A stretch of 64,000 nt of DNA from NCBI GenBank assembly GCA_022813865.1, contig JALDZX010000024.1, positions 1 to 64,000 of the forward strand. The letters run 5' to 3'. The position numbers and the translations under genes are program-made. The DNA is from Xylographa opegraphella (lineage: Eukaryota). Shown here in pieces: positions 25,111 through 37,610 of the stretch (its first letter is position 1; each line of letters begins with the position of its first letter). Under the pieces are notes generated by a model. The model had not been told where the DNA came from and searched no databases. It worked only from the letters and a program-made list of their open reading frames with translations.

Positions 25111-27817
25111 TTATATTAAGCTCTCGTACTTGTCCAATCCGGTGTTGGTTCCACCCTGGTTCGTGGTCGATGGTGGAGGGGGTATTCCAAAGCTGTTCGT
25201 GCGCATCGCCGGTGCTAGTTTCCCATGCAGCGAGACCGTATTTGCAGAACCATTCTGTGCTGCTTGAGGATTTCCCCAAGCTAATGAAGTACCCGTCGGT
25301 GTTGGACTGACCCAAGGTGTGGAACCCAGTTTCGCAGCGGGAGTATTTCCCCACGAGTTTCCAGCCGGCTGTGAAAAACGCGGCTGCATAGATTGCATAG
25401 ATTGCACAGGCTGCAGAGGCTGCATGGACTGCATGGACTGCACACCATTCCATGCATGTGGGCTATATTGCGTGCTGCCAGCACAAATAGGTGCAGAAGA
25501 AGGCTGTAGAGTCGCAAAGTTATTGAGCGCATGATCTGGAGTGATAGCCCGCGAAGATGGAACATTTCGAGAGTGGAAAACGGAAGACATGGAATTAGTG
25601 GAATCGGGCCAGACGGGAGAAGAAGCGTTTCCCGTATGGGAGCGTTGTGCCTGTGGCCGAGATACATCGCTCTTTCCCAACACCAGTCGCTCAAAGTCAA
25701 TCTCACCAACGCTCGAAGAGCCAAAGGGATCATTGGATGGCATGCTCATCAGGTCGTTCGATCGTCCACTATCGAAGTCGTTGGTAGAATTGGACGCAAG
25801 ATCTCGTAGTTTTCTTGTTTGTTCTTGCTCTATTCTCAGAGACATGGTCTTGATGAGTGTCATATATGCTTGGAACTGCTCCAGATTGAGCAGAGGACCA
25901 AGGCTGAAACTCCATAAAGTTGGCAATATATTCATGGCAATGAAGTCCGCATCTGCTATCTTACCAACTTCTTTGAACACCGCCAGGGCGGCCATAATCA
26001 CAGCCGGCTCCTTTGTCTTGATGCCCTTGAGAAGAGGGACCACCTTTTCTTGTACCGTGTATTTATCAAGAATTGCTCCGTTCGGAGCTTTCGTACCAGT
26101 AGAGCCGATGGTGGGGTTGCCGGCACAGAGAATACCCAGAGCTTCAAGACCACGAACTTTGATCGATAAGCTACTTGTTTTGGTAAAGACATTGGCCACG
26201 ATGGGAAATAGGTCGTTTTTGATAGTAGAAAAGTCCAGTATACCAAGGATAGACGAGAGACAAGTCAGCGATTTATCGACGACCGAATGGGTGGGAGATT
26301 CAAGACCAAGCTGAATAATAGGCAAAACATCTTCGACGCATCAGTATATGACGGGAACAATGTGTTGGCTACGTACCGTCTTTAAAGCTCTTCCCGGGAC
26401 AGTTTTCAGCTATCAACCCAATTTTATCTAGAATTACGATCAAGGCTGGCTCTTTAAACACATCTCGCTCACCAGAGCTAGCCTTGGAAGTAGGGGTGTG
26501 AAATATCTCTCGGAGTTGTGGCAATACTGTGTCTGCGAATATTCGTTGTCCGGACGGCAGAATCTCGACAATTTTGAAGACATTGGCCAGAATTAACGCT
26601 AGAAGTTCACGGTCTTTCGTTTCCTCGAGGAGCCCAGGTAAGATTTTCTTGTCCAGTACTGACTTCGGGAATTGCTCTAGCACCCTTGGTAGTCCTCGCA
26701 TGAACTGAGACTTCTCATTCGGACTTTTCGCCGGAAGTGAGTCCAAGAACTGTAACGTAGACATCAATATGTTGTCAAAGAATGAACATTGCTGAAATTC
26801 CCGGGAATTCATCCGCTGCGCCGGTTTCCTAGTAACCAGACGAGGGAGGACATCTCCTAGAAGTTGTCTAGGTAGGGGCTTCGTGCATAGAAAATTATTG
26901 CTTGCAGCCGGTATACTGGATGAGGATGAGAAAATTTTCTTATACGTTGTGATATTTCCCCCGGTATGGAGGGAAGATTCGTGCGGTGAGTTATACATTG
27001 CCAGGATGATCAACCCTAGAGAAAACATGTCTGCAGATGACGAGATATTAGTATCAAGTACAAAATCTGGAGACGTATAGTCGAGGTTCAACTGAACATT
27101 CCGAGGTAACCGATGGTCGTGGTACAGTAGCTCGGATAGTGCTATGGGCGGAGTATTTGATGGTGAAGTCGACTCATCAGCCGGTCCTGAAAAGCCGAGA
27201 CCTGATATTTTCCAGTCTGATTTTTGGTTGATATAGATAGCCTCAGGTGTCAAGTTTCCGTGGACTAGGCTTGCAGATTCGTGTAAAAATTCAAGGCCTT
27301 TAGCAACCTGTAGTAGCCCCTTCTGTATTTCTAACTCATCCAGTGTAACCTTCTTTGAATCGCCATTCGCCGTTTCGACCGTGTATCGACTGACTCGGCT
27401 ACGATCACCGCGTATCTTGTGATCATCGTCCTCGTCTGCCAACAGCCCAGCCAATGTTGCAGTGATCGGCTCGGTAGCAAACATGAGACCTCCATTACGG
27501 GTATCTTCGACAGGCTCTGCCAACTCCAAGATATTTGGATGCCGCAATCTCGCAAGAGAGCTGGCTTCTTTTTTGAGTCTTTCCACAACCTCATCGTGTA
27601 TTTTACGCTTCGCGGAAGTACCAGAGCGGCTTTCCAGTCCACCTCCTTGATGTTCCAAAGACTTCCTATCAAATACAAATATGGATACGGCTTTTCCCGT
27701 TGATTTTTTTTTGCCATCAAAGACCTTCCAAGCCCCTGCAACAGAAGATGGCGAAGACGCAATAGTATAGTTAGCCGTTATATTGGATGAGAAAGACTTC
27801 AACGCTGACGAGAACAT
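25111..27817 (-). CDS. SCY1: SCY1-like pseudokinase (SCYL2/Ppk32 type)
   Basis: LKKEASSLARLRHP, LQVAKGLEFLHESASLVHGNLTPE, WKISGLGF, HEAT-like region, C-terminal GLDKYESLI; intron 26331-26376. Confidence 0.92.
25385..25442 (-). repeat. 9-bp coding minisatellite in SCY1 (QSMQSMQPLQPVQSMQSMQP)
   Basis: Tandem tgcatagat/tgcatggac-like units. Confidence 0.8.
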
Positions 27818-28201
27818 CGTTGATGTCGATGGATTTCAGTAGCTTTCCGGCACGAGGCTTCGTTTGACCACGTCGTGGCTTGACTGCACGTACTGGTATC
27901 ATTAGATATCTGACGAGCTTTCCACTTATATTCCGTCGATGCCGGAGGATGTCCGACGCCTGGCGGCACTCGACGAAATACAACCAATAGCATTCCATCC
28001 TTGCTGTCGTACTTTACTGTGTATTCGGACCCCTGCCACAGCCCTACGCGGCCACGGGAGCCGATACTAAGCGAGATCGGACCTCGAATCTTTGCTTGGG
28101 GAAACATCAGATCAGCAGCTCTGACACATACACAGTCAGCAGCTTCCTCAAGACTCCAGTGTCATCGCTAGACCTTGAGGAGGCAGCGGCCACATCAATT
28201 G

Positions 28202-29574
28202 ATGCCTACACACTCCACGATGCTGCGCCAAATGTTCTCGAGGGTCAGCAGGTCTGCCCTGATTGAGGCACGAGCCCATGGATATCAAAAACAGTCTATG
28301 TTATCGCAATGCAGAAAAGCCTCCAGTCTTCAAGCCGAAGAGGAGGCAATAAAAAGACTTCCTGGAATTGACCCTTCTCAGCTCTCTATCACAAAATCTA
28401 TCACCCCAAAGTCGTTGCTGCCGCCTGAGGAGCTCGTCTTTGGCCGCACGTTTACTGGTGCGCTCCATTCACCTACTGCCTCAATGTTCATCTGATTGAC
28501 TTTCGCAACAGACCACATGCTTTCTATCGAATGGACTGCCTCTGATGGCTGGCTTCCTCCGCGAATAACGCCATACCAGAACCTCAGTCTCGATCCAGCG
28601 ACCTGCGTCTTTCACTACGCCTTTGAATGCTTCGAAGGCATGAAAGCTTACAAGAACCCGAATGGGCAGGTCCGGCTTTTTCGTCCAGATAAGAATATGG
28701 CCCGTCTAAACAAATCATCTGCGCGTATCGCCCTTCCTACCGTCGAGCCCGACTCTTTCATCAATCTCATCGCCCAATTTGTGAACCTTGAGAAGCGATT
28801 CATTCCCGCGTAAGATTCTTCTCATTTTTTTGCCCATCGGATCTGACCATCTGTCGATGTATCAGCTCCAAGGGCTACTCGCTTTACCTCCGTCCCACTA
28901 TGATCGGTACGCAACGAACACTCGGCGTCGGACCTCCCGGCTCAGCCCTCCTCTACGTGATCGCCTCCCCCGTCGGACCATACTACCCAACGGGTTTCAA
29001 AGCCGTCTCCCTCGAAGCCACCGACTACGCCGTACGCGCCTGGCCCGGGGGTGTTGGGGACAAAAAGCTCGGCGCCAACTACGCCCCGTGTATCTTGCCA
29101 CAAATGCAAGCTGCGGCGCGTGGATTTCACCAGAACCTGTGGCTCTTCGGCGAAGACGAGAAAGTCACGGAAGTCGGAACGATGAACTTTTTCGCTGTAC
29201 TGCGTGATGGCAATGGCAGCAAAGAGCTGGTGACAGCGCCGCTTGATGGGACGATACTCGAGGGCGTGACAAGAGATAGCATATTGGCGCTAGCGAGGGA
29301 AAGGCTGGTGCCAGAAGGGTGGACTGTCAGTGAGCGATATGTGACGATGGGTGAGCTGGCGGGTGCGAGAGAAGAAGGGCGGCTGGTGGAGTGCTTCGGA
29401 GCAGGGACCGCGGCGGTGGTGAGCCCTGTCCGCAAGATCAGCTGGAAAGGAAGTCTGGTAGATTGTGGGTTGGAGGACGGCAAGGAAGCCGGGGAGACGG
29501 CTGCGAGGATGAAAGACTGGATCGAGGGCATTCAGTACGGGGAGGAGGAGCATCCGTGGAGTGTCAAGATATAG
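28202..29574 (+). CDS. BAT1: Branched-chain amino acid aminotransferase (mitochondrial presequence likely)
   Basis: [34 protein letters not shown] (PLP lysine), [28 protein letters not shown]; introns 28458-28511 and 28810-28865; alternative ATG at 28220. Confidence 0.96.
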
Positions 29575-30449
29575 AGGAGAGTATTTGGACAACGTCTCGC
29601 AATTAGAAGAGATAAACCCCGGGAGTCAATGTTCGCTGTTCTGGGCTGCTGTATATACAAGGTAGGCTGTTTCACCGTCGGCTAGAAGCGGGGGTTTACG
29701 TAGAGGTCAAAGTTATTGATCGGCATATTTATACGTCTTTCCTGTTATTATGACACCTAACATATAGTAACAACAAGTCGTGATTGATGGCATTTCCCGT
29801 AGCTCTCCGAGGCAGTGCTTGATGGTAGTGGTTCACGTGTTTAATCAAGAGTGGTTCGGTCTCTTCGAATCTTCAATTCGGATCAATTAGTTCTATCCTT
29901 CTAAATGCCTTAGCACCCAAGGAGTCTGTGGCAAGACTACTGTTCTGGTCAAGACCCCGACTGAAAGACATAGAAATTACAATCAACTTCACTACTCTCC
30001 GGTCGGAGTCATATCTAGGTCTTTCAACGGTACAAGAATAACTGAGCGCCAAGCGCCAATCGTTTCGACAACTGCCCTTTTCGAAAGGACCGTCGGTAAA
30101 CTGATGTAAGGAAACAAATCATAAAAACCCTTAAAAAATTAAAAAAATTAATACATACAGAATTTAAATGAATTATTTTACTAATTTTAATTTGTGATAA
30201 TACAATTTTCGATTTCTGCCCGCGCTCGTAGCTTGTATTTACAGTGTTATATAAAATAACGTTCAAGTTAAATAGCTATTAATTTAAAAATAATTAAAAA
30301 AACGATTCGCTCAAGTTCATTCAAAATTGTTGAAAATCCAGGGGGTTAGCAGCCAGTGTTGTCGGCTTGTACTATTGCCAATTAGGACTAGCTTAGTACA
30401 GGACTCGAAGAGTCTTCTGAAGCTTCCGCTTCAGGAGAACTCTTCACCT

Positions 30450-30450
30450 N
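30450..30450. other. Ambiguous base (n), possible contig join
   Basis: Single n in the sequence, inside the AT-rich tract. Confidence 0.9.
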
Positions 30451-30759
30451 CTTAGTGATTAAGCAATGCACTGCTATCTGCTGCCAAAACCCCTGTGCCT
30501 AGTGATTAAATTCAATAGTTAACAATAAAAAAATAAAAAATTTAAAAATATACAATCGTGACCCTTTTGCAGCGTGGAGTTCGGTTGCGACTGTTCGTAG
30601 CCCATCTGGATCCTTGGCTTTCACAGCATAAGTTCAAAAGCATTAATGATACTGCGGCGAGTTGCTTCGACTTCTGTAAATATGTGCTAGTGAGCCTTGT
30701 CGTTAGAAAGGCAAGCGGCCTCTGACGTGATAGGAAATCACCCTTGCACGAAATTCTGT

Positions 30760-30960
30760 ATGCAATTCTGGAAGACCGAGAATTCAATCCGTGGGTCGAG
30801 GTTATGAGGTAAAGATGGCCGTGATCTTTTCGTATTAAAAGACGCCGTGCGTGCGTCAAGGGGCCTCATTTTGCGAAGGTCTTCGAGAATCTTATTCCAA
30901 CGCGTGTCGTTCTTGTAGCCTGCTATCAGCTTGGCTTCAATGCGGAGTGTCATCTCCTGC
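30760..30960 (-). mobile_element. Possible degenerate Ty3/Gypsy pol fragment (RNase H-integrase linker)
   Basis: LIAGYKNDTRWNKILEDLR followed, after a frameshift, by LLIRKDHGHLY resembles fungal Gypsy 'GY..D..W..I..L...DGLLY'; lies next to very AT-rich sequence. Confidence 0.35.
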
Positions 30961-33900
30961 CCACCCATCCTGAGTTGTTCCGGTGAGTATCTTGAACAGG
31001 TCTCTACCTGTTTGCTTTCAATTTCTCGATCGCAGTCGGATTTCAGATACACGTCCAGGGGTTAAGTACCGACTTGAACCGACCCACTCACCAGTGATCC
31101 TTCAGATTCTGATTGGTGACGCATGATTCTGGTACCTACGTAGCTGATTGGAACTGCCCTTCAACAAGTCTTACTCCTTTGGTTATGAGCGATCAAGAGC
31201 CAGTTGGCTGATTCGGGAAGGCCATACCATCGTACCAAGCCACTCAAATTCCATGAAAACGAAGCTGACATATGTGGCAGACATCAATAACTGCTGTAGT
31301 TCCTATCAAGGGCTTGTAATTTCTCGCATTTTGTTGATTGCTGTGAATGATATTGCGCGTGTTGATATTTGAGAAGAAAATAATCGTGCTGCGCGACAAC
31401 ATAATGAAAGCTATATCCCGGATCATCAGTGAGAGGAATGTATTGTAGATATTATATATCATAATATGCTTGTCCCATTCATCCTTTTAACAGATTCTTG
31501 TCCAGACTCCAACGTCTCCTCGATAATAATGCTTGGATGTTGTTTCAGCTCAAAGTCTCATCCGAGGAAAAGGTTCAGGAACCTCCCTCAGCGGTTTCGA
31601 CCTTCACATTTTCGAAAATTCCCTGTACATCTTTTCCTCCTGCGTGCCCCATTTCCACCAGGTAAGATCGAATTCTTTCTGGACGCCTGTAACTCATTTT
31701 CGACACGACATCCATAGATAAAAGGAGCTCGGAAAGCAGGCGCAGACAAAGATCACGAGTCTTTCATACAACCGATGTATTGAATTGGGAAGTCAAGTTC
31801 CAGGATTATAGCGAAAGCGGCAAGAACTGGTTTCGGGAAGGCGTTGCCGCTATCAATCGTGTCCTCCTCACTCCTGCTGGATATGCCGGAGAAGAATTCG
31901 CTAACATCAGTCTCTTTTTGGCCCCAAGACTTTTTTCTCCATCCCTCCTTATACCGCCGGTAGATATCCGGGTGCTCTTCATCGGCGCAGTATTTAAAAT
32001 GTAGTGTCGGCTGGCTAGAGTCTTCTCCTACTTTCCGTTCGACGGAGACTTGCTTTATAGAAGCAATAAATAGTTGTCCGGCATCAACTACGCCGCCCGC
32101 CTTCTTCTTCAATTCCACGACCTGTCCCGGAATGCTAAAACCGAGGACGCTGTTTTACTTCTTTAAATAGGGGGTTCCCATGATCGTCGCCCTCGCCACT
32201 CGCACCTGCTGCGATATTTGGGCATCGTTTTTTACCCTTCGAAGGTCCCTAGCCGTAATAGCTGGCTTCTTTAATTGCCCATGAGGCCGGTGGGTCAGGC
32301 GTAAATGAATAATCGTCAGCATCATATGCGCTGCGTCCTGGAGAGGTAGTCAATACTCTGTCCATAATTCTATACCAGTCGGCGAACGAGATCGCCACGT
32401 GTCAGCAAGATAAGCTCGAACACTTCGAGGGCTACTCAATGCTTTCACAAGCATTTGAGCTTCCACTCTCTGTAAACTTGTTGGGTGAGTGTTCGAAGCG
32501 CCCCTGTTGGCTTTTTGTGCCGCGATTGCGGCCACAATACTTATTGCTATCTCGCCCCCTTGTGAACAGCACTCAACTCGTGGCTCGTGGCCACGTTTGA
32601 TTCTTCATATAGAATCTGTATAGTATGTCATACCACTGGGATTGGATCATAAATAGAACCAGAAGGAAGCGCACAAGTTCTCAAACTGTCAAAGAATTAC
32701 CAGAACTCTCGCAAGCCCTCGAGCTTACGCTTCATATATGAAGCCAGCGCGATCGGGACCGCTCACTTAATTTTGAGAGCCAACATAGCAGTCGCGAACC
32801 CTCCTGCCTCTTCCTTCTTGCAGTGAGCCGTCACCGGCATCAATCTCTCGTTGGAACGAATCAGATACAGCGTGACCGAGAAGTCCAATGACCAATGCAC
32901 ATGAGCTGACGAACAAAAAATTTTCAAATCACGAAAGCATTAAAAGTTATATTGGCAAAGAGGTAAGAGCCAATCAACGGTCTCCCGAGCATCGAGGCTC
33001 GCATCTTTACCAATTCTGGAATCAGTATCGTGCAGTCACACTTATCATGGTACCTGGCTCCTCATCGAGCGTAGTTCGAACACACAGTCAATTCCTTTTG
33101 AGCCCCAACGGCTACTGGTGACTTAGGAATCGGTGTTATAGCCCACGATCATCTCTGCATGACGGGCTCGTTTCGCTGACGTTACCAGCCACAACGGTGT
33201 TCAAGCCACCAAGAGGATAGATAGTACGAGGATATCAACAACATGTCCATCAACTCGGCAACCTGGGCAGTTGAAAACACTTCTCTGGAACAGGCGGAAC
33301 GATGTGAAGTATGGTGGGCTTCGGGGAATTTCGAGAGCTATCACCCCGTGCTGGGAGTAGAGTTGTCGAGCTTGTGCTAAAGACATGATGATTTATAAAT
33401 GATTCATATATATGAAACGTATCGTAACGACGAATTTATGACACGTGCGGTTGAATGACAGTAACAAGTAATAATAAAAGTAAAAGCGTTGTACAACGCT
33501 AACTCTACCTTCGTTAAACTCCAGTAGACATCCGGACTCTGAAAGTAAACCTAAATTTTGGAGAGCAGAAGAAGAAGGGGGCGGGGCAACAGAAGAAGAA
33601 GCAGCGGACAGTCGATCATCCTCCAACTCAGAAGCGTAGGCGATCTTCATCCGCGCAAGGGAGTCTTCAAGTTTCGCCACCGCGTGAAACTTCGACGTGG
33701 ACAAAAGCTCTTTAACGCCCGCCGTATTTCAGGCTTGGGATAAATCGTTGGAGCTATGAGCGCCTCTGTCCTGATCTTGCCATCATTTTTATGGTAAAGT
33801 CGCTGAGTGGGTGTTTGATGTCGACCTTTCCAACCGTGCCACTCGTTTTCAGCACGGCTGATCGGTGACTTTCCCATGAGGCAAACGTACGTCCGGCATC

Positions 33901-34772
33901 ATGTGATACTGATAAAGGTCGAAGCGGTGTACTCGAGATGGATTGATCAACTTCGTGGTTTACGCAAGTCGCCTGGAGGATCGCGACGTTTTCTGTGGGA
34001 AAAAAAACTGTATTCGAATTCATTCATGTCATAAAACGCAGTCGCGGCAGAATCTGGTACGCGTATCATATTAGTTTCAATGTAGCATATCATATATAGA
34101 ACTTAATGATAAGTTTAAGAATTAGGGAATAAGTGTACAGAAACCATGAAAGTATAACTTCATACGTTAAGGGTATTCGTTGCTCTCATCGACTCACGAG
34201 TGATTGAGCTGGCAGGCTTAGCAATTTCATCATCCTGGCATAGATTGTATGTTAATGTGATAATAGCGGATCAAAAGAAGGGCACCGGCGGCCAGAGAGA
34301 CGTTCTCGGCCATGCTTGAAGGATTGAGGGTCGATTCGCATCATAGTTAGGCGATCAAAGCACATGACAAGACCACATATAAAATTCTGTCACAAATTGA
34401 ATGAAAAGTGGGGAAGAAGTATGAAATTTTACTCCAAGCTTTCACAAGCATTAGAGCTTACGCTCTCGGCCGAGCCCGGGATACGGACCCTCCACTTGGC
34501 TTTCTGTGCCGCGATGGCGGCGGCGATCCCTCCTGCCTTGCCCTGTGCTTCTACCTCGTCCTCCTCCTCCGCAGCCGGAGATTCACCTGATCGGTCGACA
34601 AAGTCTGGAACCTCGTTGTCAACCGACTCGTCAGTGCCTGAGTGGTGCTCTTGTGCGTTGGTGACATTGATGAGCGGGGATCCGACCCGTACCGCACGGC
34701 GGCGGTGGTACGAAAATGGATGCACCTCTGAGGAGCGAGGTGGCATGCCGGAGGAGGTCGGAGAATTGGAGC

Positions 34773-37610
34773 TCAAATCCGTATTCTTGTCTGCTGAGCG
34801 CGGCTTGAACCGAACGGGATTGGCTTTGCAATTGCTAGCTCTGGCGGTTCGGGTTCTGGCCGATCCGTGTCGTCGATTGTCCTTTTGTAGTTCCGAGTTG
34901 AATCCCTTGAAGGATACCCTCTGATTGTAATTGGTTGACCGGGTGAATGGCCGCGAACTTGAAGGAAACAGTTGCCGCGTGGTTGGCCGAGTTGATGACC
35001 GAGAGGATGACCTAGCTGACGACAAGGAGGGGATTGAGAACGACCGTGACCAGCATCATTATTCTCATCCATTCTTTGCCGAGAGCGTCCAGGAGTCTGT
35101 ACTTGCTGGATTGAAGCTTGACCTAGCTGAGGACGAAGAGGATACTGAGAGAGATCGTGATCTGCAGGGTTATGCTCGCTTACTTTGTGTTGGAAGCGTC
35201 CATGAGTCTCATTTTGGTGACTGGAGATGTGATCGACTTGACGGTGAAGAGGGGATTGGGAAGGACCTTGATCTATAGTGTTATTCTCGTCTATTCTATA
35301 TCGACCACGGTTATGAGTATGGAATGGCTGAAGGAAAGCGTACCCATGTTGATGATGAAGAGGAGACTGGAACAGACCTTGATCGGCAGCGTTATCATCG
35401 TCTGGTTTATGCTGGGAGTGCCTAAGAGTCTGTACTGGTTGCTCTGGAACATAATCTTGTTGTAATGAATGTTCGGAAGCGTGATTTTGTCGACGACGAA
35501 GTGGAGAAGAGAAAAGACCGTGATCGGCATTGTTATTTGCATTCACTTCATTCTGAGGGTATTCACAGGTGTGTGTTGGCTGCTTCGAAACGTCATTGTG
35601 CTCTAATGGCTGTTTGGAAGCATGATCTTGACGTCGACGAAGAGGAGACGAGGAAAGACCTTGACAGGCAGCGCTATCATCGTCTGATTTATGCTGAGGA
35701 TGTTCAAGGGTCTGTAATGGCAGTTTAAAGGTGTCATCTTGTTGCACAGGCAGCTTAGGAGCATGACCTTGTTCCACCAGCTGCTTGGAAACGTGATCTT
35801 GTCGGTGATGAGGAGGAGCAGAGGAAAGACCGTGATCGGCAGCTGTATCCTCGGCTGGATTGTGCTGAGAGCGTCCATGAGTCTGTACTGGAAGCTTAAA
35901 GATGTGCTCTTGTTGTACTGGTAGCTTAGGAGTGTGATCTTGTTCCAATGGCTGCTCAAAAACCTGACCTTGGGGGTGCTGAATTGGAGACGAGGAAAGA
36001 CCGCGATCAGCATTCTTATCGTCGTGTATTTCAAGCTGAGGGCGTCTACGAATCGGCACCTGCTGCAGAGGAGTGCGGCCTGCTTGCCGACGGAGAGATG
36101 AGAGAAGCCCATGACCAACCGCCTTATCTTTGTCCATCGTAACCTTGGAGCGTCCAGAAATGTGTACTTGCTGAATGGAACCGTGAGCTTCGTCTTTAGT
36201 GACAACTGTACTGAGAGATTTGGGACTGATGATTGGAATCTTTGGTTCGATAAGGTTCGTAATCTTTGGATCATACGGAGAGCGAACTCGTCGTCGCGGT
36301 TGACGTGATTTGGGAAAGTCAGCAGTAGGAAGAGGTTGTCTACCGCGTGTTTCCGGGATATCAAAGCGCACGTGCGGCTTCACATCAGAAAGTACGTTTG
36401 TTGACCGGGTTGTGCGAGCAAATTTGTTAGTGTCTGGATTTCCGAACGCTCCGTGAAGATCAGCAAGGTCACTAGTGATCGCCAACGATGAATGACTTTC
36501 ACCACGATAGATCTGGTCGCCGGTAGGATGCAAAATATCCTGAGGATATATTGACAGTGGCACAGGTTTGACTGGGAAGCCTTCTTGAACTACCACTCCA
36601 TCATCTAGCGTCTTCACAATAAAAACAGGCTTTCTCGGTTTCTTTCGATGCTCGTAAAGGATACAGTACAAGTCGTGATAGGTGAACTCGTGGCCTCTGA
36701 CCTTGGCATCCTTTCCAAGAAGTTGAATAGTCATTTGGAGAACAGGCTCGACGTGGGGACCCAATCGACGCTTCATCTCTTGGAGTGCCTCATCAATGTT
36801 TGCGCATCTACCAATACGAAATGCGCCTTCGCCGACCATCTGAGAAGGATGCACCGGGTAGTTTCCTTCAAACTTTTCTTCAACAACTTCGAACTCATGG
36901 TGGTTTGATGACAGTGCACATTCAGCAGCCGACTTCCTTCGAACAAATCTGGTTTTTCTACCGTATCCTGCCCACGCGAGGCCTGCATGAACATTGGTGC
37001 TCTCATCGGCCTTGATGACAGCACTAGATTCACCCGGTGCGTTACGAGGTGGGACATCCCCAACAACCATAGATATCGGCTCACAATCGGAGATCTGACG
37101 TGGGGATATTGAAGGTGCTTGGACGATAGTCGGGAAGGCCGCTACAGGGTGTGGATCAATTGGAGTTGTCGGAACAATGAATGGGCTCTCCAATGTCTGG
37201 GTCCTGGTGAGTGCTGGATAGTCGGAGACTGGTGATGCGTCTTCTGTTCCATTCTTAATAGGATTTGAGCCTTCAGAGAGTGTTGTTTCACGGATTGTTA
37301 CTTCCACTGCTGCATTGCTGGGTGCTTCACCACAAGAAGTCCCGTTTCCAGAGGCTACAGATGCAGAGCTTTCATCCAGAGCAGACGTGTTTTCAGCATT
37401 CTGTCTTGCGAGTTCCCGCTCCTTCTGGAAAGATAAGAGCGCTCTCTCCAGACGATGATTGTTATTTGTAGACCACTTTGCATTCAGATGGTCAACGTAC
37501 TTCTGCGCAATGCCTAAGAACAGTAAGTCATCCATACATCTGTTTGTAGAGTCTTCTATCTCACGGTCGCCAAAGAGAAACTGAATTGCGTTGATGAGGA
37601 AAGCCTCCAT
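34773..37610 (-). CDS. Orphan 945-aa protein with an internal His/Gln/Pro-rich repeat array
   Basis: 2.8-kb ATG-initiated ORF; nine D[HQR]GL[SF][SQ]SP-like cores. The true C-terminus may continue in the 34429-35025 frame. Confidence 0.65.
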   Translation of the reverse strand: MEAFLINAIQFLFGDREIEDSTNRCMDDLLFLGIAQKYVDHLNAKWSTNNNHRLERALLSFQKERELARQNAENTSALDESSASVASGNGTSCGEAPSNAAVEVTIRETTLSEGSNPIKNGTEDASPVSDYPALTRTQTLESPFIVPTTPIDPHPVAAFPTIVQAPSISPRQISDCEPISMVVGDVPPRNAPGESSAVIKADESTNVHAGLAWAGYGRKTRFVRRKSAAECALSSNHHEFEVVEEKFEGNYPVHPSQMVGEGAFRIGRCANIDEALQEMKRRLGPHVEPVLQMTIQLLGKDAKVRGHEFTYHDLYCILYEHRKKPRKPVFIVKTLDDGVVVQEGFPVKPVPLSIYPQDILHPTGDQIYRGESHSSLAITSDLADLHGAFGNPDTNKFARTTRSTNVLSDVKPHVRFDIPETRGRQPLPTADFPKSRQPRRRVRSPYDPKITNLIEPKIPIISPKSLSTVVTKDEAHGSIQQVHISGRSKVTMDKDKAVGHGLLSSLRRQAGRTPLQQVPIRRRPQLEIHDDKNADRGLSSSPIQHPQGQVFEQPLEQDHTPKLPVQQEHIFKLPVQTHGRSQHNPAEDTAADHGLSSAPPHHRQDHVSKQLVEQGHAPKLPVQQDDTFKLPLQTLEHPQHKSDDDSAACQGLSSSPLRRRQDHASKQPLEHNDVSKQPTHTCEYPQNEVNANNNADHGLFSSPLRRRQNHASEHSLQQDYVPEQPVQTLRHSQHKPDDDNAADQGLFQSPLHHQHGYAFLQPFHTHNRGRYRIDENNTIDQGPSQSPLHRQVDHISSHQNETHGRFQHKVSEHNPADHDLSQYPLRPQLGQASIQQVQTPGRSRQRMDENNDAGHGRSQSPPCRQLGHPLGHQLGQPRGNCFLQVRGHSPGQPITIRGYPSRDSTRNYKRTIDDTDRPEPEPPELAIAKPIPFGSSRAQQTRIRI
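35020..36120 (-). repeat. Higher-order coding tandem repeat, periods 108/171/171/141/141/111/111/111 bp
   Basis: Core aagaccgtgatc-like motif at about 36108, 36000, 35829, 35658, 35517, 35376, 35265, 35154 and 35043. Confidence 0.85.

Noticed and set aside
31100..34050. Broken minus-strand ORFs as a transposon or toxin gene
   Set aside because: Stops interrupt the frames and no family motif was identifiable; at most unassigned gene relics.
35020..36120. CRISPR-like array
   Set aside because: Eukaryotic coding repeat; the spacers are homologous to each other and frame-preserving.
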